From: Azolla caroliniana
Lineage: Eukaryota > Plantae > Polypodiophyta
Assembly: GCA_043228905.1 (NCBI GenBank)
Contig: JBHGNT010000013.1
Coordinates: 1,054,001 to 1,118,000 of the forward strand
DNA: 64,000 bases
Direction: 5' to 3'
Under the pieces are notes generated by a model. That model saw nothing but the letters and a program-made list of their open reading frames with translations. It was not told the origin of the DNA and ran no database searches. Made by a program: the position numbers and the translations under genes. Positions 37,977 through 48,391 of this stretch are shown here, in pieces; position 1 is the stretch's first letter; each line of letters opens with the position of its first letter.

Positions 37977-38048
37977 TACCCCCGGTGAGGTTCGAACTCA
38001 CGACCATTCGCTTAAGAGGCAATTGCACTACCGCTGTGCTACAGAGGT
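37977..38048 (-). tRNA. tRNA-Lys(CUU), atypical body, copy 2
   Basis: Identical to copy 1 except one C>U in the anticodon stem, which gives a U-G pair. Confidence 0.82.
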
Positions 38049-38661
38049 TATAGATGAAGAAAATAGCCTTATCTTAAATAAATTATGTATAATATGTGTA
38101 AGAATCTCCATTTTAACAAGTGTGGGAGGGGGGGGGGGGGCAATGGGAAGGGGCCATGGATTTCATTTCCTGTATGATATATCTATGTATATACTCATGG
38201 ATTTCCTTTCATATGTCTACACTTTCTGACATGCGGGTGTGTAAAGCTGGCATGCTATGCAAATTTACCGGAGACAAAGAGAGAGATGAGAAAAACATGG
38301 GGTGGTTAAAGATAGATAGACTTCACCTAAATAATGTTACGATTTGATGATAAAACCCATCCTCCAATTCAAGAAAAAAAAAAAAAACGCTTAAATGCAT
38401 AATGCAAGATGCTTATGAATGAAACTAATTTGTGCCCACCACTTAAACGTCGATCTATCGATCTATCGATCTATCTATGTATTTACTGATGGATCTATCA
38501 ATGGATCTATCTATCAGTATACATACTGATCTATCTTATCTATCTATTGGTATGTTGTGTATGTATGCATGTATGTATGTATGTATGTATGTATGTATGT
38601 ATGTAGCAATAGTGTTGTTAGACGTCCGTCCGTCCAGGTGTGAAACCGCAGGGCTGGAATG

Positions 38662-38670
38662 AAACCCTAA
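38662..38670 (+). promoter_or_regulatory. Telo-box upstream of RPL13
   Basis: AAACCCTAA just before the pyrimidine-rich 5' UTR exon; telo-boxes are typical of plant ribosomal-protein promoters. Confidence 0.65.
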
Positions 38671-38899
38671 AACTCTTTGCCTTCTATTATTATTACTTTC
38701 TCTGAGCAGCTCCTTCTCTCTTCCTTCTTCTTCTTCTTCTTCTTCTTCTTTCAGCCAGACAGACAGACAGACAGACAGACAAGACAGGTAAATGACTTAA
38801 TCTCCTCCTCTTCCTTTTCTCTTTCTTTCGTTGGGATTTCTCTCCCCTCTCCCACTCCCGGAACAGTTTGATCCTGATGCCACAAATCTCTCTTGCAGG

Positions 38900-40823
38900 A
38901 TGAAGCACAACAATGTCATCCCTGATGGCCATTTCAAGAAGGATTGGCAGAGCCGCGTGAAGACTTGGTTCAATCAGCCTGCGAGGAAGAAGCGCAGACG
39001 TGTTGGTATGTGCTCGTTCCTCGTTTCCATTTTTTGTTAAGAGCTTTGTTAGAGTGCGTTAGGTCTTTTTTTCGAAGGAACGCTCAATCTTTTGTTCGAA
39101 GAAATTAAGGTCATTGAAGGAGACTTTCTTGGTGAAACTGTAATTTGACATTGAACACGTTTCCTGCTTGTTAGAGCTTTGTTAGAGTTTATTAAGTCTT
39201 TTTTTCGAAGGAACGCTCAATCTGTTCAACGATTGTGGTCTCGATAGTAAAGAAAATTAGGTCATTGAAGGGGACTGTCTTGGTGAAACTGTAATTTGAC
39301 ATTGCACACGTGCCTCGTTTCCTATTTTTGTTAGAGCTTTATTGGAGTGTATTAGGTTTATTTTTCGGAGGAACGCTCAATCTGTTCAACGATTGTGGTC
39401 TCGATAGAGAAGAAAATTAGGTCATTGAAGGGGACTGTCTTGGTGAAACTGTAATTTGACATTGCACAGAGTCCTATTTGTGTGTGAAGTAGAACTCTAA
39501 TTATGTCGGTCCTATATTAGCTCTACCGACGATCTTTCATGGCACAAGAGTAGTGTTCCGGTTTTAAATTCCCTGTAGTCTACAGTGCCTCTCGATGCAC
39601 AATCATAGCAATAATCTTTTGAAGGATAGAGCGAGGCTTTGCTTAGCGAGTCTAGAGATTAATGTATAAAATCCTTCTCGTTTGTGCAGCTCGCCAAAAG
39701 AAGGCCGTGGCTGTCTTTCCCCGACCTACTAGTGGAGCTTTACGTCCCGTCGTTCACTCACAGACTCTACGCTACAACATGAAAGTCAGAGCTGGCCGTG
39801 GATTTACTCTAGAAGAGCTCAAGGTACCTCATTAACTGTTTTAATTAATGCGCTTGTTCCTATTCTTTTATTCATGGTAAATTAGGTTGTTTTTTTGAAA
39901 AACTTCCGGTTTTTTCCCCCAGGCTGCCGGCATATCAAAGAGACTTGCACCTACTATTGGTATTGCTGTTGATCATAGGAGGAAGAATCGTTGCCTCGAG
40001 AGTCTACAGTCAAATGTTCAGAGACTTAACACTTACAAGGCTAAATTGATTGTCTTCCCACGACGATCTTGCAAGACTAAGGTATGATTTTTTCGCTATT
40101 GACGTTGTAGTTATTATATCGTAATTTTAAATCATCTTGCCATTTTGTTTCACGTGAGTGTTTATGATATCAACTGTATGGTGTGCACCTAGTGCTTCCC
40201 GTGCCATTTTATCTTTAACTGTGCATTTTTTGGTGGGCGTCCTTTTCGTCCTTGCTGGCTTGAAGTAACGTATATTCATGGATGATCTTGCCTTTTATGT
40301 TACCTTTGCTTTGTGTGGTGAATTTCCAATGTAATCATGTATTTGTGATGTAATGAACAATGCATACCTTAGCAATGAAGTTTGTGTTGATTAACAATGT
40401 CTATCCCCTTGGTACTTTTATTTTCATTTGCATGCAACCTTTCTTTCCATGGGTTTATAATGAAATCTTGCTTTCCTTGATTTGATATGCACCATGTCAT
40501 TACTCATGTCATATACAAGGTTTCATTTAAGATGCATAAAAGCTTGCCTGCCTTCCTACGTGTTCCCTTAATGCATCATGACACATGTCTTTTAGTTGCA
40601 GGCTGGTGATGTAAGCCCCGAAGAGCTTGCAAATGCTGTTCAGGTTCAAGGGCCAGTTCTTCCCATTATTAGGGAGAAACCCACTGTGGACGTCGTTACT
40701 GTTACTGATGAACTGAAAGCTAACAAGGCCTACTCTAAACTCCGCTTGGAAAGAATGAATGAGAGACTGATTGGTGTTAGGAAGAAGAGAGCTGCTGAGG
40801 CTGAGAAAGAAGAGAAGAAGTAA
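38900..40823 (+). CDS. RPL13: 60S ribosomal protein L13 (eL13), 4 coding exons
   Basis: Exons 38900-39005, 39690-39823, 39923-40081, 40602-40823, plus a 5' UTR intron 38788-38898. Protein [30 protein letters not shown]...[12 protein letters not shown]...IAVDHRRKN...[13 protein letters not shown]. Confidence 0.97.
39020..39468. repeat. Three diverged tandem copies (about 135-160 bp) in the first coding intron of RPL13
   Basis: GGTCATTGAAGG.GACT.TCTTGGTGAAACTGTAATTTGACATTG recurs near 39109, 39260 and 39420. Confidence 0.85.
39478..39604 (+). ncRNA. Candidate intronic box H/ACA snoRNA
   Basis: Hairpin 1 has lower stem TTGTGTGTGAAG/TTTCATGGCACAA and upper stem GTCGGT/ACCGAC. H box AGAGTA 39547-39552, a second hairpin with CTGTAG/CTACAG, ACA at 39599-39601; about 127 nt. 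Confidence 0.5.
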
Positions 40824-41449
40824 TAGCTAGATATGAAGAGTAAAATCTACAACCTAAATTTTTTTTTTTGTTCTATTTCAGGATGCTTTAATTGCTGAGT
40901 TTTCTTTTTGTACGAACCCCAAGTTCAGAACACTATATGTGTAAAATGTGCATCCAGAGGGCATACCAGGATTTGGATGATCAATTCTTCATTAGCTTCT
41001 TTTGGTGATTAAGAAATGAGTGGAATTGTGTTCTTAGTCCAAATAGTCTGTGTTGAGTATTTTTGGAAATTTTAATGAAGAATTAGATCATGTTGTCTCA
41101 AAGGTCACATGCCTATATAAAAGGATTTTAGGTAGAGTAATGTTTAAAACTTGTGAATAATTAATTTTAGATGTGATGATGTGATGATGATGTAAGGAGA
41201 GCAAGATGACTCTACTTAAGGATTTTCAGATGTGATGATGTGTACGGAGAGCAAGATGGATGACTAGATCATTTCTTTATAGGAAATCTAATGTAGATAG
41301 AATTCCAAAAGAAGTTAGCCTGGCCAGTGCAGTGTTTCATGTAATGAATTTGGCATATAGCTCTATAATGCCTTTCGAAAGATTGGGTTTAACAGGGCCA
41401 TATGTAATTGTACTTTTACGCCCAATTGGCATTGATTCTGATTTTGGTA

Positions 41450-41808
41450 AAAGAACATAAAAGGCAGAGTTATGAACATATCATGTTAACATCAAAAGTC
41501 CTTAATCTTTTTCTGGAGAGGGATATTTCACTATGCTTTTGATTTAACTAATATTGATGGAGAACAACCCTTCTCACATACAGTGTAGTCAATATAGGAG
41601 AAATATTTAGCAGTTGAGAATCACTATAAAAGAACATAAAAGGCAGAGTTATGAACATATCATGTTTACATCAAAAGTCCTTAATCTTTTTCTGGAGAGG
41701 GATATTTCACTATGCTTTTGATTTAACTAATATTGATGGAGAACAACCCTTCTCACATACAGTGTAGTCAATATAGGAGAAATATTTAGCAGTTGAGAAT
41801 CACTATAA
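41450..41808. repeat. Two near-identical tandem copies of a 179-bp unit
   Basis: AAGGCAGAGTTATGAACATATC at 41461 and 41640. Confidence 0.92.
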
Positions 41809-43599
41809 ACTCTCATCACACTATCAAGAATGCATACATATGCCCAACACAAAACTCAAATCTGGTATGACCAACTTAAATTTGATCATCCCATTATAAC
41901 ATGAAGCATGACCATTGTAGATGTTGAATGTCTTGCATGACGCATTTTGTAGATGGTGAATAGGTCTTCCCTCAAACACAAACTCAACTTAAGTGGGAAC
42001 TGGGATTCAACAAATTTTGCATGCATGGGATCATTTGTTGAATCAGGTTTTCAGAGTTGGAAGTCTCATATCGAACTTGAAGCATGGCCAGTGTTAAATT
42101 CAGACTTACTAGAATTCGGTTTGTATTCAGACTTACTAGACTTCCTAGTATTCAGTCTCATATCGAACTAGAATTATTGCATTTTTAATGTTTTTTGTTG
42201 GGTTTGGATTTAAGTATCTAGAATTGGTAGGATTTGTTTCCTTTTTGTTGTAAACCCCAACTCCAAAATCTTTACACTAGAGAGAGAGTGAAGAAGAAGA
42301 AGATACAAAAATGTTCAAGTTGGCAATTCATCAGAAAAGCAGAAGCCTTTATTCATGGTAAGATCACTTAAGATGACTTTGGATGGTTTGTTATTCAGAT
42401 TATGATCTCTTTAGTATAGGTTAGATGAACATAGTCTCCCAAATAGGGTTTCTTCTCCTTAAGAGCATTACACAATGGGGTTTCTTCTCAGAGCATTATG
42501 GTTCTTGGCACGAGGATTTCATTTCCAATTCAACATTGAGAGCATAAGGTTTTCTGCATTCAAGGGTTAATTTTTCATGTTACAATTTCAGTTTGGATTC
42601 AGGCCAATGATATGTTGTTCCATGAAGTTTAAGTCTCTCATCATATTGATGCATCTCCTCCCACCAATCTTGTGCCGACTCTAGTATCACCCGAATGGTG
42701 TTACAGTTGTCTATATTAGCACAATATTTGTTACCTAATGTCAGGACTTTGGGTCTATTGTTTTCTCTTTGGTAGTGTATGAGTAAGCAAATATGGGGCG
42801 GCACTTAAAAAACCTAAAAGGTTAGAGGTAATCAATAATCATTCAGACACATAAATTGATGTTTAGACACTTGAATTTTTTAAAATTCTTCCATTGCTTC
42901 ATATCACATTGATTAAAAGCCCATACACATATTCAAGTAATAAAGTGATCATTCCCATAAAAAGGTTCACTTTTGTTTACTTCCTTTTGGGTTGTGTTGT
43001 ACATAAAATCTTTGTAGCAATAAGGTTTGGGCCAAAACCATTTCTCAATATCCTAAAATGAGGAGGTAACACACTTCCTATTGTATCTTTACTATCCTCG
43101 TGATCCATGGTGAACTCTTCATCAATGTTTGTGCTTGTAATCTTCTCTCGAAGGCACTTATTGTGGTGACAAAATCTTAAAGAGTGCATGGGAATATGCA
43201 AAAGTCATCATGTTCCAATCCTCCATCCTCCTCCTTTGCTATTTGTCCCAACTATATCTTAAATCACAAGGTATTATCATTATCACAAACATGGGTTAAT
43301 GATGGAAACAAACACATGTGAAAATACGTTTGATTAATTCTTCAAGGGTGCATGGGATGCTTCCAAAGTCTTCATGATGTTGTGATCCATCTTCCTCTTT
43401 AGCTTTACTAATGATTTTAACTATATTTAAAAAATACATGGATTGTTTTAGTCTTAATCGTGGCTTAATCTCATACATCCAATCCGAAATACAAAGTGCA
43501 ATTTGTCTCTAAAACCAGTCAACCAACAACAAGATGTACATTTTAATTAGGAGACATTGAGAAAGTACGAAGACTATAGGTAGATATTGTATACGTTTA

Positions 43600-44950
43600 C
43601 TGGCATCTTGATGTAAAAGTTTATTGGAAAATAATGTTATGCTTGATAATACTTTTGTTGACATGTATGCCAAATGTGATGATTGGGAAAAAGCTTAGTT
43701 GGTGTTTGATGAACTTCCTATTCAAGATTTGGTCTCATAGAATTCATTGATCTCAAGATATGCTCAGCATGGCCACAATGAAGGTGCATTGAAGTGTTTC
43801 AAATAGATAGGCATCACTTTGACTTGCATCTTGAAGGCATGTGGAATAGATAGGGGGAAACAAATCCACCATGAGATTATCCATATGAAATGCTTAAACA
43901 AGCATATCGAGCTCGACAATGTGTTGGTGGATATGTATGCAAAATGTGGTGAGCTACAAAAAACTGCAGGAAGTGTTTGATGAGCTTTGCGTTCGTGACA
44001 TTGTGTCTGTGGAATGTTTTGATCTTCGGATATGTTCCGTGAGGGGAAGGAAGCAAAGCTAAAACTTATTTCAAGAGGATGTAGCAGAATCACTTCTTGT
44101 CAAATACAATCACCTCTATTTGCATATTGAAGGCTTCTTCAAGCATAGGGGCTTTACATAGAGGTGAGCAAATTCACAGTGAAATTGTAAGTGAAAGATT
44201 GATCGGTAAAGTTCAGAAACTAGATACTGCTTTGGTGGATATGTATGTCAAATGTGGTGAAGATGAAAAGTACAAAAAGTGCTCAAGGGGCTGCCGGTTC
44301 GAGTTGTGGCTTCTTGGAATGCGCTAATTTCAGGATATTCCCAGCATAGATTTGGCCAGGAAGCATGGAATCCTTTTGAACAAATGCAAAATGATGGTCT
44401 TTCTCCGGATGCAAACACCCTTGTAAGTTTGCTAAAGGCCTGTGACAGTGTAGTGGTGGCTGATAACGACATAGAAATTCACAATGAAATCGTGAGTACG
44501 AGATTGTTGGAATACAATATTGAGCTTGGGAATGCTTTCGTGGACATGTATGCTAAATGTGGCAAGCTTGAAAAAACCCAAAAAACATTCAATGATCTTT
44601 CAGTTGGGGTGGGGTAAACAATGGATGTGAAACTTATGAGCCACCAACCAACCAATTGTTTAATGCATTTTGGATTATTCAAGCCCTTCAAATCAACATC
44701 GTCAGTCACTACAACGTTGTTAATGCTTGCATTTGATGAGCAATAATTGAAGCCCAAAGCTTTGATGAATTATTGTTGGTTGGAGATATGGTGCAATGGA
44801 CTACCATGTTATTCGGCTATACTGAGCATGAAAAGAATGGGGATGCTATGCAATTTTATCCTCAAATGCTTGTGGCTTCCTCTTACCTTATATGATGACA
44901 TTTTTTGGTATGTTGAAAGTCCGTGGCAACATGGGAGAATTGCTTGTACA
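43600..44950 (+). pseudogene. Degenerate PLS-class pentatricopeptide repeat (PPR) gene
   Basis: Four (L/F)VDMY(A/V)KCG-type motifs near 43657, 43924, 44232 and 44540, plus SWNALISGYSQH and GEQIHSEI. Many stops and frameshifts. Confidence 0.88.
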
Positions 44951-45334
44951 TACAAAAATGAAATTAGATTTTGTGATGGATGGAGGTGTTGTGGGATAGA
45001 TTGGCTTCAATAGTTGCACAATCTCTACGGAAAATATAGCATTGTGGCCGATATGTTTTTTTTAAAACTAATGAAAGGATATTTTGTTAAAAAAAAAAAA
45101 AACTGAAAAGAGTTGCGTACACAGAAGCTTGTACACAAGACATAGCCGGGTTAGCCAGACACCAGCGGACAATAAGGTATACATAGAGAGGGAGAGAGTG
45201 AGAGAGAGTCAGAGATGAGTAGACAACAAAATTATATTAAAAAAATAACAACACTCTGTACATACGATTGTGCTTAGTGAGCACTTTTATACAAGCCCTC
45301 TCCATGATCCCGAGGAGCAGGAGGGTGGTGATCT

Positions 45335-47260
45335 TGACTACTGGTGAGGAAATCTCATCATAGTCAACCCTGTGTTCTTGCTTAAACCCTTTGGCGACGA
45401 GTTGAGCTTTGTACTTGGGTTGTTCCGAACTTGATACATACTTGTATCGGTAGACCCACTAACAGGGTAGTGCCTTCCATCGGGTTGGTGGTTCAACTGG
45501 CTCCCATGTGTTATTGTCCTTGATCGAGTCCATCTCACATTGCATGGCTTCTAGCCATGTGTCGGCGTTTGGTGTGACTGTAGCTTCCTTGTAGGAGCTT
45601 GGTTCACCTGCATTTATGTAATTGACGTAATCGAGGCCCGGTTGATAAAACTCTGACAGCTTTCGGACTCGTCTAGATATCCTTGGTGCCGATTTTAGTG
45701 GTTCAAATTCTTCGATCGGCAGGTCTAGTCAATCGGTATTATTTGAACCATAGAATGAACCATACGTATCATACGTGCATTCGCATTCGAGAATGATTCA
45801 ATCAAACGTGTATGGTAAATAATCTCAAAGTTGGATTGGATTGACTATGGTCTATATTATATATTGATTCACTCTCAATCCCAATAAGTGGATTCTAATC
45901 CATTGTGAACCACCAACATAAGTTTGGTTGCAATATTTGCATTGTATTACATGCATACTTTTGGGATGTTTCTTAAGAATCAAGACATCTCTATCATCCT
46001 CACTTTAAAACTTTACAAAAACATGAGTATGAACTATAGAGATTGAATCAAAATATGTCATTATAAATTATAATCAAACGTTCAAAAACTCATAAAACGT
46101 ATATTCGAGAATATGAAGAAAACATGACATAGGCAATAGTAGCATAACAACTTACCACTAGGGTGAGCTAATTTCTAATAACAAAGAAAGAAAAAAAGAA
46201 ACGATAAAAAACTCATAAAACGTATATTTGAGAATATGAAGAAAACATGACATAGGCAGTAGTAGCATAACAACTTACCACTAGGGTGACCTAATTTCTA
46301 ATAACAAAGAAAGAAAGAAAAAGAACAAAAAGGAACATGACACTAACATAAAATTTTGCCATGAGACTAACAAGAGGACATGAGAAAGTTGGGAATTGAA
46401 CCCAAGACACAAGTAATAGTAGCATAACAACTTACCACTAAGTCATGCTTAATAATAAAAATAGAAAAGAAAAAAAGTATTATAATATACTAATATAAAA
46501 TTTTGCTATAAAAATGGTACTAATGAGAGAGAGAGAGAGAAAGATGTCAAAATTAGGAATCAAACCCAAGACATAGACAACAATAGCATGACTCCTTATC
46601 ACTAGGGTGAGCTGAATTGTAATGAAAATAAATGAAAAAAAAGAAAAAAAAAAGATCACATATTTTTCCCATTTCAAACGTGTTCGTTTCCAAACGTTTG
46701 AATGCTTGCACGAACACGAATATTACGTTCTATGATTGGAACCATTGTCATAAGGAGTTCGTCGAGGTGATTTTCTATGGCAATTGTCATGCGTATGTGT
46801 CAGATCATCCTGTTCCTCGGGAGTGATTGACTGGTGTGTTGATGCCTTTGCTGGTTCGGATCGGTTGTTTGACATCTTGACCATTTTGGTTTTGGTCAAT
46901 CGTGTAGCCGATTCAAAGTCGGTTGTAGGTCCTTTTGCCGATCCGGATTTGGCAAGGGGCTGGCTGATTGGTGTGGCTTCGACAATTTTCTGAATAGCCG
47001 ACTCAAATTCAATGATCGGCATGTCTACTTCTAATTCTTCTTCGGAAAGATCAAAGGTGACTCTTTTGTTGATTTTCGGTTAGGATCACACAGAGAGAAT
47101 TGAGTCTTCGTTGAAGACTACATTGCTGCTCCGGATCAATTTCCGATTTTCTGGATCTTATAACTTGTATCTGAACTCCCCATCAGTTCCATAACCGAGA
47201 AATATGCACTTCGTAGAATGGGTCGCCAACTTGGTCCTTTTTTAGAGGATATGCAACCAA
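45335..47260 (-). mobile_element. Degenerate copia fragment (integrase C-terminus, linker, RT N-terminus) interrupted by a hAT MITE
   Basis: KCIFLGYGTDGEFRYKL*DPENRKLIRSSNVVFNED near 47110-47215; EPSSYKEA and WVYRYKY...PKYKA near 45400-45610. Confidence 0.75.
45749..46734. mobile_element. Non-autonomous hAT-type element (MITE), about 986 bp
   Basis: Imperfect TIRs CATAGAA.../...TTCTATG; 8-bp TSD ATTTGAAC / ATTGGAAC (one mismatch); internal ~120-bp repeats at 46085-46450. Confidence 0.7.
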
Positions 47261-47275
47261 TCATAGCCAATTAAT

Positions 47276-48250
47276 TGTGCAAATGAGGAACACAAAGTGC
47301 AAGACAACAAAACAATAAACAAAACAGGAAATAAAGAGATGGAGACACAAGTATTTTACGTGGAAACCCTAGATGGTAAAAATCACGGCAATGCACAAAC
47401 TCCGAACTATATCACTATGGTGAGAAGGATATAAACAAGAGACTCACATGTAACAACCTTGAGGTCCTCTTTGTCAGACGATGATTACAACAGAGTTACA
47501 ACTCACTCTTACTCTCCTACACACTCTTAGTTACAGAGGCAACTACCAACACCAACTATTCATCATTATACAATGATTTGCCCTAGTTGTATTTATACTA
47601 ATACAACTTTAGGGCTATTTACAATTCTGGCCCAAATAGGCGCAACAAAACCTATTTACAGATTTGGCCTTTTTCGGATGCCTATCCAACTCCAATTCGG
47701 ACACCTCTCCGGATCCCATCCACGTCTGGATCTGGTCTCGCTTCTTCATGGGATCCAACTGATCCATCTCGTGCTCAACTTCCCATTCGGAGGGACATGT
47801 TTCACAACAAGCTCCCCCTTCACTTTGGCATGGGATTCTTTGTCAATCCGACCCGTTTCTGGCACACATCCAACTTCTCTATCGGCAACACCTTCGTCGG
47901 CATGTGCGATCCATTCTCCGATGTGTGGATCTTCATCATAGCAAACTCCTTTTCTTCTATTCGTTCCCGGAGCCATTGGTATCTCCTTTTGATGTGATTG
48001 GTCCTCGAGTGGTAGACGACATTCTTCGCAAGGTGGATGACACTTTGGTTGTTGCAGTAGAGTCAGAATTCCTCCTGCCGAATCCCCAACTCTCTGACGA
48101 ACTCCTTCATTCAGATTATCTCATTGCCAAATTGTACTACAACCATATGCTCCACTTCCGTGGTTGACAACGCCATGGCCTTTTGCAACCTCAACTGCCA
48201 TGAGACGACTCCCCTTGCATAAGTCATTATGTATCCAAACGTGGACCGAC
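47276..48250 (-). mobile_element. Copia (Copia-C/D-related) 3' LTR, PPT and RNase H end; continues at 62873-63242
   Basis: LTR 47276-47809; PPT (reverse complement GCTCCCCCTTC) next to it; RNase H relics colinear with Copia-D. Confidence 0.82.
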
Positions 48251-48328
48251 TGTCAGGAATAGTACTAAGACAGAGATGGAATTAGTACTAAAAGATGAGA
48301 TTAGTACTAAGAGGGGTGTAGAACTCTC

Positions 48329-48388
<60 letters not shown>

Positions 48389-48391
<3 letters not shown>

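Larger units (their letters stand above)
37559..38066. repeat. Tandem duplication of a ~255-bp unit carrying the tRNA
   Basis: AAACCTTGACAAGTAGTGATGCTCCAAG at 37559 and 37812; the tRNAs are 256 bp apart. Confidence 0.9.

Noticed and set aside
41450-41808. 179-bp unit as a centromeric satellite
   Set aside because: Only two copies, next to genes. The length match to nucleosome-sized satellites is probably coincidental.
42240-43480. hAT transposase remnant on the minus strand
   Set aside because: Only faint hints (PNLIATKIL, IH..R.NR, WW); too degenerate to call without a profile search.
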